Assembly (NCBI GenBank): GCA_013265495.1
Contig: MU057576.1
Location: 406,982 to 470,981, forward strand
Length of the DNA: 64,000 bases
Direction of reading: 5' to 3'
DNA from: Vicugna vicugna
Lineage: Eukaryota
The notes beneath the pieces are model-generated. The model saw only the letters and a list, made by a program, of their open reading frames with translations. It searched no databases and was not told where the DNA came from. Each line of letters starts with the position of its first letter. Position 1 is the stretch's first letter. Below are positions 34,201 through 49,200 of the stretch, piece by piece. A program made the translations under genes and the position numbers.

Positions 34201-37200
34201 ACTGCATACCAGGTACTGGGAGATGTGTTAATTTGCTCAAGCAATGAAGCCACATCTGATAATCCACTGTCAGTCTCCAAGATCCTTCTGTCTTCTGCAC
34301 AGGCCAGATAGGTGAGTTAAAGGAGGGTGTGGTAGAAATCACCACACCTGCATCTCTCAAGTCCTTGATGGTGGTACTAATTTCTGCAATTCCTCCAGGA
34401 AGGCACTGTTACTTTTATTATTTTCCTAAGTGGAGGCAGTTCTAGGAGCTTCCACTTGGCCTTTCCCAATGTAATTGCCCTCACTCCACAGGTCAGGAAA
34501 CCAGTGTGGTGATTCTGCTAGCTGTTAGGTATGTCTATTCCAATTTTGCATTCTAAAACTGAGGAAATGGCCACAGGGTGCATTTGGGGAACAACTGGAC
34601 CTGATCTAAACCTTCGTTGATTAGATCAGGGGTCTAAATCTGACCTCCATTAGCCCCCTACTCTGACTAGTGGGCAATAATGTTTGGGGTCTCCTGGAAT
34701 TAGTGTCAGTTCAGAGCCAGTGTCCCATAGACCCTGCAAGGTCTGATCATTCCCTTTTCCTCAATATATAGTTACCCTGGTAAAAGTATGTAGGTCCCTT
34801 TGGGGAAGGCTGGGAGAAAGACTAACAGCATAAATTTTTGGTAATGTACTGGGGTCCTTCCCCAAGGGAGCCCCACGTCCCCTTCATTCAAGGTTTTCTG
34901 GGTCTGTAAGTTGGCTGAAGTCTGGGAACTGATTTAGGTCAACCAGAGCTTTCTAAAAAGGGGAACTAATTAAACAAATATTAGATCTCACTTTTTCTTC
35001 CATTTCTCTTAACATGTAAATAAACATGTTATTTTCTGTTTTTTTTTGGCTCTCTGGGCTGTGTTCTATGGTACTTTTTTAGTTTTATTCCCCAGTTCAA
35101 TAATTGTCTTTTTAGTGGTGTTTAATCTGTCAGTTAACCCATTGAAGGTTTTTTTTAATTGCTATATTTTAATTTCTAGAAATTCTCTTTGATCATTTTC
35201 AAATCTTTCTGGTCCTTTTTTGATAGCTTTTTAATTCTTTGTTCATGGTTTTGATACCCTCTTTTATTTCTTTAAACATCTTAAAGATATATATATGTAA
35301 TATACATAAGTTATTTAAATAATGTCAGAAATTTTAACTTGACACTTATTCAAAATACATATATTCTTAGGAAATGTAACATTGATCTAGAGTCTAATTA
35401 AATCAGATTACTTACTGAAAACAAGTTTTTGTGAAGGAGGGTGAGGAGAACCAAGAGGTTTACATGTTGTTTCCTTGACCTGACTGCAGACTAAGCCAAG
35501 CATCTCTTCTTTACTGGAGTGACCGATCCTGAGGAGTAGATTAGGTTGGACCTTATCAGTTCTAAAATGATTAACCATTTCTGGCAAAACATCACTCTTG
35601 AATAGAGAAGCTCCCAGTGCCTAGACTGACTAAGAAATGAAGATAATGTTTAAGAGCAATGCTGCTAGGGCTCCAATTTGCCTAAACTACCCCAAAGTAA
35701 AATTAAGCAGTCACAACTGTAAATGGAGTGGGGGAGGGTATAGCTCAGTGGTAGAGTGCATGCCTAACATGCGTAAGGCCCTGGGTTCAATCCCCAGTAC
35801 CTCTATCAAAGATAAATAAATAAGACCTAATTACCCCCCAAAAAAAATACAAAAAAAATTTTTAATTGTGTTTAAAAAATGTCCCTCTCTAACTTTTGTA
35901 ATATTCCTTGTTCTTAAGTTTACGTTGTCTGATATTAATATAGTGACTCCAGCTTGCTTTTTGTTTGTATTTGCATAGGATATATTTCCCTATTCTTCCA
36001 CTTTTAACCTGTGTCTTTAAATTAAAAATGAGTTATCCAATTTGAAAAAAACAAAAACTAGCAGTCACAACTGAACCTTCCTTTGGGTGAGCAAATATGT
36101 AAAACACATTCTTTCCTTTTTCTAGTAACTCCACATAATCAAAGCCTTTGACTGCAAATTTTCCTTCCTCTGGTCTAGTGCCTAAAACATAATAGGCATT
36201 CTGTAGATCTTGGTCAAATAAACAGATTTTCAGGGAGGCAAAAGTACTCCTGAGGAGTAATTGATAATGAAGTTAGACAGTTAATCTGAAACCTAGGTCA
36301 CTAAAGATTTGCATCTTTGGTTGGTATTTTCTCTGCAGCAAGTAAAAGGGAACTTTGCAAGGCTGCAGGCCTGCATCTCAGAACTCCGCTTATTGCAAAG
36401 AGAAGGTTGTTTCAGACCACAAGGCACTTCTCTGCAGCTGGCAGTAGAGGATGGGCTCCAGCAGCTCAAACAGTACAGCAGACACGTGACCACGGGTGCA
36501 GCTCTGACCTACACTTCCCTGGAGGTAAGAGATGCTGCCCTTAGGACTCTAAGCTGTCTTCCCATCAGTCCATCTAGATCCTTCATTGTTGGTCATCCTT
36601 ATCCTGTTCTCTGTTTCATACACATTGAAGGTCATGACAGATACTCCATTGGGTGCATGACTGACTCTGAGTTCTGATAACATCAGGCATCAAACAAATG
36701 AGTTTAAAGAATTATCCTTTCATTTGCATCCTTCTTCATCAATTAGAAGTGTCTAAGTACAAAAGAGAATTGCTTATATTTAATACTTGCCTTCCGGAGT
36801 TTCGAGTTCAACCTGGATCCTGGTTGAGCAAGGAGAGAAATCTACATGGAGGCACCACCGTGAGAAGACGGCATATAGGATCTCTGATATTTAGTGAGTG
36901 GAATTTAAGGACTCTATTTCCTTTGTTTCCTAGTGAAATCAAAGCACTTTAAGCAGGAGAGATACTGCAAGTGATTCATTCAACCCTAAAAATACTAAAA
37001 TACACTGATGGCCTCTCACTGGTAACTTTCTGGGGTAGGCTCAGCCTGTTTGGAAGGGTCCTGTGATGATCTGCCCACCAGACCTCTCCCACCAGAATTT
37101 GTCAAATGAAATTTGATTTGCAAGTTACGATTAAATCTTCTTCTTTGCCCTAAAGAAGAAACAGCCACTACCACAGATTTCTGCAGGGTTTCTGTCCTTC

Positions 37201-40200
37201 ACTCTGTACATCAGGAAAAGTAGACATGTTGATTCTTTGATTTATTTCCAGATTACTGTTCTGACTTCACAGCCTGGAAAAGAGGTGGTCAAACAATTGG
37301 AGGAAGGACTGAAAGATACAGACCTAGTCAGGGTCAGGAGGCTTCAGGTGGTTGAGATCACAAAGGGAGTCCTTGGCTGTATGGACTCAGCATCCCCTGT
37401 TGAAGAGCCCAGCAGCGATGGTAAGAATTAAAGGAAAAGGTAAAAAGAATGGTAGAGGTTTTAATGAGCAGTCTTTTACAGGTCAGGAAGATTATTTTCC
37501 ATGGTATTTTTATGTCATGAAATGAAATGAAGCCAACATATTTCACTGTGGTTCAGACAGGTGTTTCTAGGTGTTAAGTGTTGAATTTTTTAATCATATT
37601 TTTAATTTCAGAAACAATGTATGTTCACGTAATATTATAGGTATAATGTTCATGAAATATTATAGGTATAAAAAAGTAAAAATTCCTTCCTCCTCTAATC
37701 ACTTTTTTTTAATTTAAATATAGTCAGTTGACAATGTTGTGTCAATTTCTGGTGGACAGCACAATGCTTCAGTCATACAAGAATACACATGTATTCATTT
37801 TCATATTCTTTTTCACCTTAAGCTACTACAAGATATTGAATATAGTTCCCTGTGCTATACAGTATAAACTTGTGTGTCTATTTTATGTATACCAGTCAAT
37901 GTCTGCAAATCTCGAACTCCCAATTTATCCCTTCCCACTCCCTTCCCCTCTGGTAACCATAGATTTGTTTTCTATCTCTGTGAGTCTGTTTGTGTTTTAT
38001 ATAAAAGTTCATCTGTGTTTTTTAATCACTTTTAAGATATTGGGGTATCCCTCTTAATGTCCCATTAGACAGAGAGAGAGATTGAGAGAGCGATAAAGAG
38101 ATAGAAGTGTTTTAACAAGATCATGACATACATAATATTCTATAATCCTCTTTGAATGTTGGACAGCTGTCTGTGTTAGTATCTATAGACCTGTCTCATT
38201 TTCTGCTGGCTGCATGATCTTTTTTACTGTGTGGTTGGACCAGTTTCTTTATTTAATTGCTTATTGATGAACAGTTTGGTTTATTACATTTTCTAGTATA
38301 ACCTATGCTGTACGAACAGACTTCTCTGTAGGGCTGTCTTCACGGGCTTATGACCAGTGCAGTCACACAGGGCCTTGTATTCAGAAAGGCCCTATACTTA
38401 GGACTGAATGCTCTTTGGTTACTTTCTCAGAGTTCTTAATAATTTTATCTTTGGATCTGTGTTTTGTAAGTGAAGTTCGATGGAACAATGGAGCATGTGC
38501 CAGAGGATTATAGATTTGGTTTACATGTGCCCCGCCTCCTGTATCGTCCCCACCTCCTCAGAATAGGTTCTCAATCACCAGCTTCCCGGCCCTGAGGTCC
38601 CAAGCCTGCCTACCCCACCTAGTGGTCACTGGCACCCAAGTCCCTGCCAATAAATCCTACGTAAGACACCGATAATCCTACACCTTCTAGAAGAGAAAAT
38701 ACTCAAACTGAGTCTTGAAGAACAAATAGGAACTAACCAACTGGAGGAGGAGGAAAAGGGCACTCAAAAAGGAGACCCAGAGGCATGAGAAAGCCAGATA
38801 AATCAACTTTCAGAGACATGCCCATGGTTCCCTGTGACAGGAGCCTAGCAGCAAAAGTGAGGCTATAAAGGCAGGCAAGGGTTAGATCAAGAAAGGCCAT
38901 CTATGCCCTAGTTGTAAGACATTTGGGTTGCATTCTAAAGCAGTGGAAATTTATGAAAAGGTTTTCATCACAAAGTCAAGTAGACATTCCCAAATTACGG
39001 AGTTTAAAAGGTTTCTTATCACTTAGATGTGGCATCTAAGAAAAATGATACAAATGAACTTATTTACAAAACAGAAATAGACTCAGACATAGAAAACAAA
39101 ATTACAGTTACCAACGGAGGAAAGGGAGAGGGGTAAATTTGGAATTTGGGATTAACAGATACACACTACTATATATAAAATAGACAAACTGTATAGCACA
39201 GGGAACTATATTCAATGTCTTGTAATAACCTATAATGGAAAAGAATCTGAAAAAGAATACATATGCATAACTGAATCACTTTGCTGCACACCTGAAATGT
39301 AAATCAACTATACTTCAATTTTTTTTAACTTTTTAAATAAACTCCTTAAAAATTTAACTAATAAAATAAAGGTTTTTTAACTGGGTTTAATTTGTCCAAC
39401 ATTCAAGTTACAGATCACTCTCCAGCAGTTCTTTCTGGCCACATTGGCCTTCTCCAAGGTTCTGTACACGTGAAGGTGCCCACTATTCTTATACTATTGA
39501 AAACCTCACTCTTCCCTTCACCCCCTCATGATGTCAGGGGTTGGTAACCAACAATGTATTTCCCATCAGATTCTGACATGTGGATTGTTCCAGCATCATG
39601 GACCACTGACATTTTTCTGATTGAGGGGGGAGGGTCACCAGCCTTGCTGTTCGTTGTATGAGCTCTGTCACCTACTACATACACACTGCTTTCCTCAAAT
39701 CAGTCTCCTCACTGACTATCCTTTTGTCTCCATTCCTCCACTTGTACTCTTCTCCCCTGAATTCCCTCTTCTTTCCTTTGAATTCCTTCCGCTATCCTCT
39801 TCCAACCAAACCATCCCCATCCTTTAAACCCTAATTCAGGTTTGTGACTACTGTATTGATTTTCCTCTCCTTAGAACAACCACATCACTTGTGATCTGCA
39901 CCGCACAATTTAGTGCCTAATTATATACCATATAGAATTGTTCACCATTGCTTTACTGTGTAATCATTTTGTCTTCTCACCTAAACTGTAAGCTACTTGA
40001 TATCTTTTCTATCTGCATTGAACGTTAGGCATTAAGCCCTGGGATTACGAATTTGTCTTACTCACTTCTGTGTCCCACTGTATCCTAGATTTTCAATAGA
40101 CATTTGTTGAATGAATTGATGACGGTGATACCTGTAGAGTCTGTTCCTGACCTGTCCAGCATCCTCTTTCTCTAGTAACACCTCTACTTTCCTGGTCCCA

Positions 40201-43200
40201 GCATGGTCCATAACCCAGGTGAAGCAGTCATAGCTCTCCAGGCCACCAATCAGAGTCCTTCCCAGTGGGTTCTCAAACTGAATCTGTGAGAGAGAGGCTC
40301 TTTTTATTTCTCTTTGGCCATGGATAAATCTGGCTGGACTATGTCCTTTTCTCCCTTCAGTGACTGTACCCAGAAAGTACTGTATCTTTAATGGCACAGA
40401 GCTCAGAGTACTTTGAGGGTACCTGCTGTCTTTATTTAAAATACTCAGAGGCTAGCACTGTTTATTATTGTATTATTTATTTTTATCTTGGTGAGGGGTT
40501 GTAATTAGATTTATTTATTTTTAGAGGAGGTACTGGGAATTGAACCCAGGACCTCATGTATGCATGTGCTCTACCACTAGAGCTATACCCTCCCCCTCTG
40601 AGGCTAGCACTGTTTAGAAGAGCTTTACAATGCAAGAAACCAGCTTTCTACCTTGTGTCCCTGCTAATGATTCTTTCAGGAACTTCTTGTTTGCTTATAA
40701 ATAATACATTATCCCATAAGTTGCTTGTAGTTACTCTTTGTGGGTAAAGTGTATGTATGGTTCATAGTTTGAAATCTTCCCAATTTGCCTCTGCTTTCCT
40801 CATGGTTAATTCCTTTATTCCATTAATGTTTTACTTTATCTGGTGTCCTTATCAAGAGATTAGCAAGAGCAACTTTTCTCATTCTCAGAAGGTTGAGTGC
40901 TCTGGAAGTTAGTTGCCTGAGCCTAAATCCCATTTCTGTTACTTCCTACCTATGTCATTTCAGAGAAGGTACTTAGCCTGTCTAAGCTGTCTGAGCCTTA
41001 GTTATTAATTCCTGCCCCATGCAGTAGTTGTGGGGATTAAATGAGATCATGTATGTTAATTACTTAGTGTATAATAAATGCTTAGTGAAAGTTAGCTATC
41101 CTTAGTATTGATTTTTTTTTAATTTTTGTGTATGGATGGCTTAATATTTCTGAGATTTGTCATTAATGGCCAGGCCCCAAGTGGACTGTGAGTCACCAGA
41201 GGATAAGACTTTTACATCTTTGTGTCACCAGGGTATATCATTCTGCTTGGCACATAGTAGATTCTTGAAAGAGTAAATAAATGAATGATTGGAAAAAATC
41301 AAATGATTTGTGAGAGATGGTGGTCACTCTCTCTAACATCAACTCAGATAGTTAGGGACATATCTCAAACACCTGTAGCTTCCCTTCATAGCCCATGGAT
41401 ATCATGAATTGATTCAAACACTTCTTGAATCTATTTTTAACTTTTCAACTATGGTGAGATGATCATCAATTAAATAGAAATTGTCTACATGCCACTTTTC
41501 AAAGAAAGAAACAGATTACAAGGAAATGTTGATATTACAGATCAGTTTAAAAAGGAATTATGAGAATATGTCCAACTAGTCTAAATTCTACCTTCTTTCG
41601 TTCAGCCCAGCACAGTGAGAACTAGTTATAAAGATGACTCAGAGACTGCAAGATCCAGAATTGCTGAAGAAAAAGTGAACTTAAAAATTAAGAAGGTAGA
41701 CTTATCTTTTAGAAAGTTCTTGAACAAGGTCTAAAATGAAAGGATTAACTTTGTTTTTCAATTTTTTAATTGAAGTATAGTCAGTTACAGTACGTCAATT
41801 TCTAGTGTACAGCATAACGTCCCAGTAATACATATACATACATACAGTTGTTTTCATATTCTTTTTTCATTAAAGGTTATTACAAGATATTGAATATAGT
41901 TCCCTGTGCTCTACAGAAGAAATTTGTTTTTTATCTATTTTTATACATAGTGGCTAACATTTGCAAATCTCAAACTCCCAAGTTTATCCCTTCCCACCCT
42001 CTTTCCCCTAGTAGCAATAAGATTGTTACTAAGTCTGCAAGTCTGTTTCTGTTCTGTAGATGAGTTCATTAGTGTCCTCTTTTTTTCTTTTTCTTTTTTT
42101 TTAGCTTCCATACATGTACATCATATGATATTTTTCTTTCTCTTTCTTGCTTACTTCACATAGAATGATGATCTCCAGGTCCATCCATGTTGCTGCAAAT
42201 GGCATTATTTTATTCTTTTTTATCTCTGAGTAGTATTCCATTGTGTAAATATACCACAACTTCTTTATCCGGTCAATCCTAGATGGTTTTACAGTCAAAT
42301 TCTGTCAGACTTTCAAGGAACAGATCATGCCAGCCTTATACAGACTCTTCTAGACATTAAAAAAGAAAAAAAGAGAAAAAGAAAAAAGAAAACAACCTTC
42401 AAGTCATGGTAGAAAACCAGGCAAAAACAATGTAAGGAAAGAAAATGGCAGGCCAGTCCACTCATGAAAATAGATAAAACAATCTAAAATAATGTAGTCA
42501 TTATAAAAAGAGAATACAGAATTGACCAAATTGGATTTACCTCAGGAATGCAAGGTGATTTTGCATTAGAAATATATAAACTTAACCATGGAGGTGAAAA
42601 AAAAGCCTATACTCTGAAAACTATGAGAAAATATGAGGGAAGTTAAGGATGATACAAATAAATGGAAAGATACCCTGTGTTCATGGATTGGAAGAACTAA
42701 TATTGTTAAAATGTCCCTACTATCCAAAGCAGTCTTCAGATTTAATGCAACCCCTAAAAGTACCCATGACATTTTTCACAGAACTAGAACAAATAATTTT
42801 AAAATTTGTATGGAACTACAAAGACCCCAAATGGCCAAGGCAATCTTGAGAAAAAAGAAAAAAGCTGCAGGTATCTTGCTCCCTAACTTCAGACTATATT
42901 ATGAAGCTACAGTAATTAAAAAAAAAAAGTATGGTACTGACACAAAAACAGATACATAGATCAGTGGAACAGAATAGAGAACCCAGAAATAAACCTACAC
43001 ACTTAAAGTCAATTAATCTATGACAAAGGAAACAAAAATACACAATGGAGAAAAGACAGTCTCTTCAATAGTGGTGGTGGGAAAACAGCACAGCCATGTA
43101 TAAAAGAATGAAATAAAAACATTTTTCTCACACTGTATACAAAAATAAACTCAAAATTGATTAACAACTTAATTGTAAGGCCAAAAGCCATAAAACTCCT

Positions 43201-46200
43201 AGAAGAAAACATAGACAGAACACCTTTTGACATAAATCATAGCAACATTTTTTTTTAGATCTGTCTCCTAAGGCAATGAAAACAAAAGCAAAAGTAAACA
43301 AACAAGACTTAATTAAACTTAAATGCTATTGCACAGTGAAAGAAATCATCAACAAAACAAAAAGACAACCTACTGAATGGGAGAAGATATTTGCAAATGA
43401 TATGTCTAATAAGGGATCGTTATTCAAAGAGCTCATGCAACTCAATATCAAAAAAACAAACAACTCTATTAAAAATGTGGACAGACGACCTGAGTAGACA
43501 TTTTCCCAAAGAAGACATACAGATGGCCAACAGGCACATAAAAAGATGTTTAACATCACTAATCATCAGGGAAATGCAAATCAAAACCACAGTGAGATTG
43601 CACCTCACACCTGTCAGAATGGCTATCATCAAAAAGACAACAAGTAATAAATGTCGGTGAGGATGTGGAGAAAAGGAAACTCTAGTACACTGTTGGTGGA
43701 AATATAAATTGGTTCAGCCATTATGGAAACAGTATGGAAGTTCCTGAAAAAAATTAAAAATAGACCTACCATATGATCCAGTAGTTCCACTCCTGAGTAT
43801 ATATCTGAAGAAAACGAAGACACTATAATTTGAAAAGATAGTGCACCCCAATGTTAGTAACAGCATTATTTACAACAGCCAAGATATGGAAGCAACTTAA
43901 GTGTCCATCAATAGATGAGTAGATAAAGGTGATGTAGTGTATGTAAATACAATGGAATATTACTCAGCCATTAAAAAGAATGAAATTTTGCCATTTGCAC
44001 ATAAGGCATGGACCTGAAGGGTATTATGCTTAGTGGAGTAAGTCAGACAAAGACAAATCCTGTATGTTATCATTTATGAGGAGAATCTAAAAAATAAAAT
44101 GAATGAATATAATAAAACAGAAATAGACTCACAGATGCAAAGAACAAACTAGTGGTCATCAGTGGGTAGAGGGCTTGGGGGAGGGGCAAGATAGGGGAAA
44201 GGGATTAAAAGTTACAAACTACTATGTATAAAATAAATAAGATAAGCACAGGGAATATAACCAATATTTTATAATAAAGTTAAATGGCATATAATCTATA
44301 AAAATACTGACTCACTATATTGTGCACCTGAAACTAATGTAACATCATAAATCAACTATAATAAAAAAAGAGATGTATAACTTACCACATCAACAGATCA
44401 AAAGATAAAAATCATATTACCTTAATAAATACAGAAAAACATACGATAAAATGAACATCCATTCATATTTAAAAGAAAAATCTTAGTAAGCTAGGAATAG
44501 AAAATAACTTCCATAACTTGGCAAAATGTTTCAATCAAAAATCTACAATATGATTTTTACTGGTGGAATGTTAGAAAGATTGCCTTCAAAAGTCAAGAAT
44601 AAGACACGTATATCCCATCACCACTTTGGTTCAACATAGTTGTTCTAGTCTAATAAGTTAAGAAAAATACTTAAGGGTATGAAGATTGGAAAGAAAGAAG
44701 CAAGACTGTCTTTATTTGAAACATATTTGATTGGCTACATTAATAACCAAAAGAGTCTATGGAAAAATTATTACAATTAGTAAGAATTTAACAAGGTGGC
44801 TGGATATAAGATCAAGATACAAAAGTCAATAGCATTTCTATAATTAGAAAGAAACTCTTAGAAAATTCAATTTTTAAAGAAATACCTTTTACATACCCTC
44901 CTCCAAAAAAAAGAAAAACATTTAGGGAGGGAGGGTATAGCTGAGCTATAGGGTGTGTGCTTAACATGCACGAGGTCTGGGTTCAATTCCCCAGTACCTC
45001 CATTTAAATAAATAAGCCTAATTACCACCCCCCAAAAAAACCAAAGAAATACCTTTTATAATAACAAAAAGTAGAGCATTTAGAAATAAATCTTAACAAA
45101 AGATGCATAGAATAGTTATTGGGAAAAGTTTGAAATTTTACTGATGTACTTTAAAGAAGATATAATTAAATGGAGCATGTTAATGGAGAGAAACATTCAA
45201 AATCAGAAAGAGTCCATTCTCCCCAAAATGATCTATCAAATGCAATTTCAATCAAAATGCTATCAGAGTTTTTTTGATGAACTTGACAAGCTGATCCTAA
45301 TGTATATAATAGAGGCTAAGATATATATTAAGGCTAAGGTTTGCCCTATCAGATATTACAATGATTATAAGGCTGTTCTAATTAAGATAGTATTATATTG
45401 ACACAGAGGTAGATTGTCCAGTCTAGGACAGCTGAGAGAGACCAGGGACAAACAGACACGTTACATGAAAATTTGATGTGCGGCTGAGCCAACATGGCAG
45501 AGCAGTGGGAAAGGATGGATCTAGTCAGTAACTCATACTGGAACTACCAGTTATTCCATGTGGGAAAAATGATATTTGATCCCTGCTGCATGCCATTTAC
45601 AAAAATACATTTTAAATGGTTTAAGGACTTAAATATAAAAGCTAAAACTTTAAAACTTTTACAAGAAAATATAGGAGAAAATTTTTATCACCAAAGGTAG
45701 AGAGGAGAAGGAATAAAGTTTGCTAAGCATAAAACAAAAGATTGATAAGTATGAATACTTTAAAATTAAGAATTTCTGGGGCAGTCTACCCAAGCAATAG
45801 AAATAAAAGCAAGAATAAACAAACGGGACCTAATTAAACTTACAAGCTTCCTCACAGCAAAGGAAACCATAAGTAAAACAAAACGACAACCTACGGAATG
45901 GGAGAAAATTTTTGCAAATGAAACTGACAAAGGCTTGATCTCCAGAATATATAAACAGCTCATACAACTTAATAAGAAGAAAACAAACAACCCAGTCCCA
46001 AAATGGGCAGAAGACCTAAACAAGCAATTCTCCAAGGAAGAAATACAAATGATCGATAGGCACATGAAAAAAATGCTCAATATCACTAATTATCAGAGAA
46101 ATGCAAATTAAAACTACAATGAGGAATCACCTCACACCAGTCAGAATGGCCATCATTCAGAAGTCCACAAATGACAAATTCTGGAGAGGCTGTGGAGAAA

Positions 46201-49200
46201 AGGGAACCCTCCTTCACTGCTGGTGGGAATGCAGTTTGGTGCAGCCACTGTGGAAAACAGTATGGAGATTCCTCAAAAGACTAGGAATAGACTTACCATA
46301 TGACCCAGGAATCCCGCTCCTGGGCATATATCCAGAACCAACCCTACTTCAAAATGACACCTGCACCCCAGTGCTTAGCAGCACTATTTACAATAGCCAA
46401 GACATGGAAACAGCCTAAATGTCCATCAACAGATGACTGGATGAAGAGGATGTGGTATATTTATACAATGGAATACTACTCAGCCATAAAAACCAACAAC
46501 ATAATCCCATTTGCAGCAACATGGATGCTCCTGGAGAATGTCATTCTAAGTGAAGTAAGCCAGAAAGAGAAAGAAAAATACCATATGAGATCGCTCATAT
46601 GTGGAATCTAAAAACAAACAAACAAACAAAGCATAAATACAAAACAAACAGACTCATAGACATAGAATACAAACTTGTGGTTGTCAAGGGGGAGAGGAGT
46701 GGGAAGGGATAGACAGAGTTCAAAATTTGTCGATACTGACAGGCATATGTAGAATAGATAAACAAGATTATACTGTATAGCACAGGGAAATATATACAAG
46801 ATCTTGTGGTAGATCACAGGGAAAAAAAATGGGACAATGGATATATGTATGTTCATGTATAACTGAAAAATTGTGCTCTACACTAGAATTTGACACAACA
46901 GTGTAAATTGACTATAACTCAATAAAAAATGTTTTAAAAAAAAGAATTTCTGTTCATCAAAAGACACCATAAAGAAAGTGATAAGACAAATCATAACTGT
47001 GTTTACAACTTGTATGACCAGTAAAAAGAATGAGTTGGTGTCCAGAATAAGGAATATAGGAATGCCTGAAACTCAGTTTTTTTTTAAAAAGACGACCTAA
47101 TTTTGAAATCAATGAAAGATCTGAACAGGCATTTCACAGAAGAGGAACTCTTATGGCAAATAAACAGAAGAAAAATTCTCATTCTTATTAATAATCAGGG
47201 AAATACACATTAAAACAGTGATAGCCCATTTTTATGCCCACTAGTTTGCAAAAAATTAAGAAGTCTCACTATAGTGTTGGCAGTAGCAGAGCATGGAAAT
47301 ACTTATACAGTGTCAGAAAGAATGTAAATTGGCTCACAACTTATCATTTTGTTGTAAAGTAACATTCACAATACAGTACAATTCAGCAATTCCATTCCTA
47401 GGAGAATGTCGCCAGAAAAATTTTTCAAATGTGCACCTGGAGACATACAAGAATTTGAATATTGACATGATTCAAAAAGCCAAAAATTAGATGGACAACT
47501 CAAATATCCATTGAATGACATATGAATAAATATTATAAGTTATATTCACAAAGTGGAGTATCATAGTTATAAAAAATGAATGAACCAGAGCTATATATAC
47601 AATGTAGATGAATCTTCAATACTAAGAAAAAAGCAGATAACAAGGATATTCACAAGATACCTCTTTATAAAGCTCAAGCAAAACTAAAATAGTGAAGTGT
47701 TTGTTTAAAATAATAAAACTGCTTTTAAAAGGAATGATTTCTAAAAATTTAGTGTGGCAAAATTTCCCTTAGAGAAGGTCAGGGCACAGCATACACTTAT
47801 CTTAGTAGCACTGATGATCTGTTTCTTAAGTTGAGTAAAGGATTCATGAGAGTTCATTCTGCTCTTAAGCTTCATGGCTTACATATATGTTGCATGTAAC
47901 TTATTTGCATATAATAAAAATTTTATAATAGCATTCCAAAGAATGGCTAAGTAATAAATATGCCAAAACTAAAACGGCCACTGTGATCAATGCACTTTGG
48001 CTTCCAGAAAACATATGTCCAGGTTGACAGCAGGCTGCACTCACTGGGTATGTAAGTCTTTCAACCAGTTACAAATCATCCTAATGATGCTGTCAACCAG
48101 GCTCCATTTCTCAGCCTTGTACACAGGGATATCAGGTTCCCTTTCTAAGTGCTCACAAACCATCTGTTTAATATTTCCTCCTAGTCTTTGTCAGGGATCG
48201 ATGTCAAGCTCTTTTGGAAAGGTATTTTATCCATATGTGTTCTCAGGAAACACCAAATGTTAACAACTCAAACACAGAAGATAAAGATTCATTGTCTCCC
48301 AAAGGATTCCAGGAAAAGAAGAAAAAAGAAAAAAAAAACAAAAAACAAAACAACCTTTTCTATGATTCATGCTTGTCAGACTCCACATATTGATTTTTCC
48401 CCTTTCAGTGTCTTCGAAAGTGACCAGGAAATGCACCTATTCATTGAGTTTGTCTTTGAAAACTGCATTAAAGTCCTACCCCTGTGGCATTAAGACTAAA
48501 TTAGAACCCCTACTGTATTTACTATCTAAAGACTTTTAACACAGAGAGACATTTGTTTATTTCATTAACAGAAGCCATGGTCTCAGAAAAATGACAACAC
48601 TTCCCTTTTTAAAAATAGAATTAAAGAATTTTTTTAGACTATAGTAGAAAATCAAATTATTTGAAAATCAGATTTAAAAATTTTTTTCCTCACCAACTCT
48701 TTTGAGGAATAATTTGCCTATTGTAAGTTGCATCCAAAGTGTACAATTCAATGAGTTTTGACAGTTGTGTATGCCCACAAATCATCCCGCAGTTGAGATA
48801 CACACCCCTTCCACCAACCCTAAAAGATTCCTCTAGCCCCTTCACACCCCACCCCGCCCTCCGTCCTTGGCATTTGCCACCTATCTGCTTTGCCCGTAGA
48901 TTAGTTAGCATTTTATATAAAAGGGATCGTATAAATTGTATGTACTTCTTTTGTATCTGACTTTCTTCATTCAAATTTAAGATTCATCCATGTTGTTTAT
49001 ATCAGTAAATAATTGTTAGTTTCTTTTTATGCCATATATTATTTGACCATTCTCCTGTTAATGGACATTTCAGTTGTTTCCAGTGTTTGACTGTTGTGAC
49101 TAAAGCTGTACAAACATCTGTACACAAATCTTTGTATGGACGTATGTTTTTATTTCTCATGGGTCTTACCGTGTTTATCGTTAATCCTTTCCCATCCATT

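Noticed and set aside
33925..34940. RT motifs as a possible novel or domesticated reverse transcriptase system
   Set aside because: Frameshifted, partial ERVL-type relic with no continuous ORF.
42566..46856. Many 60-110 aa ORFs
   Set aside because: Fragments of L1 ORF2/3'UTR on either strand.
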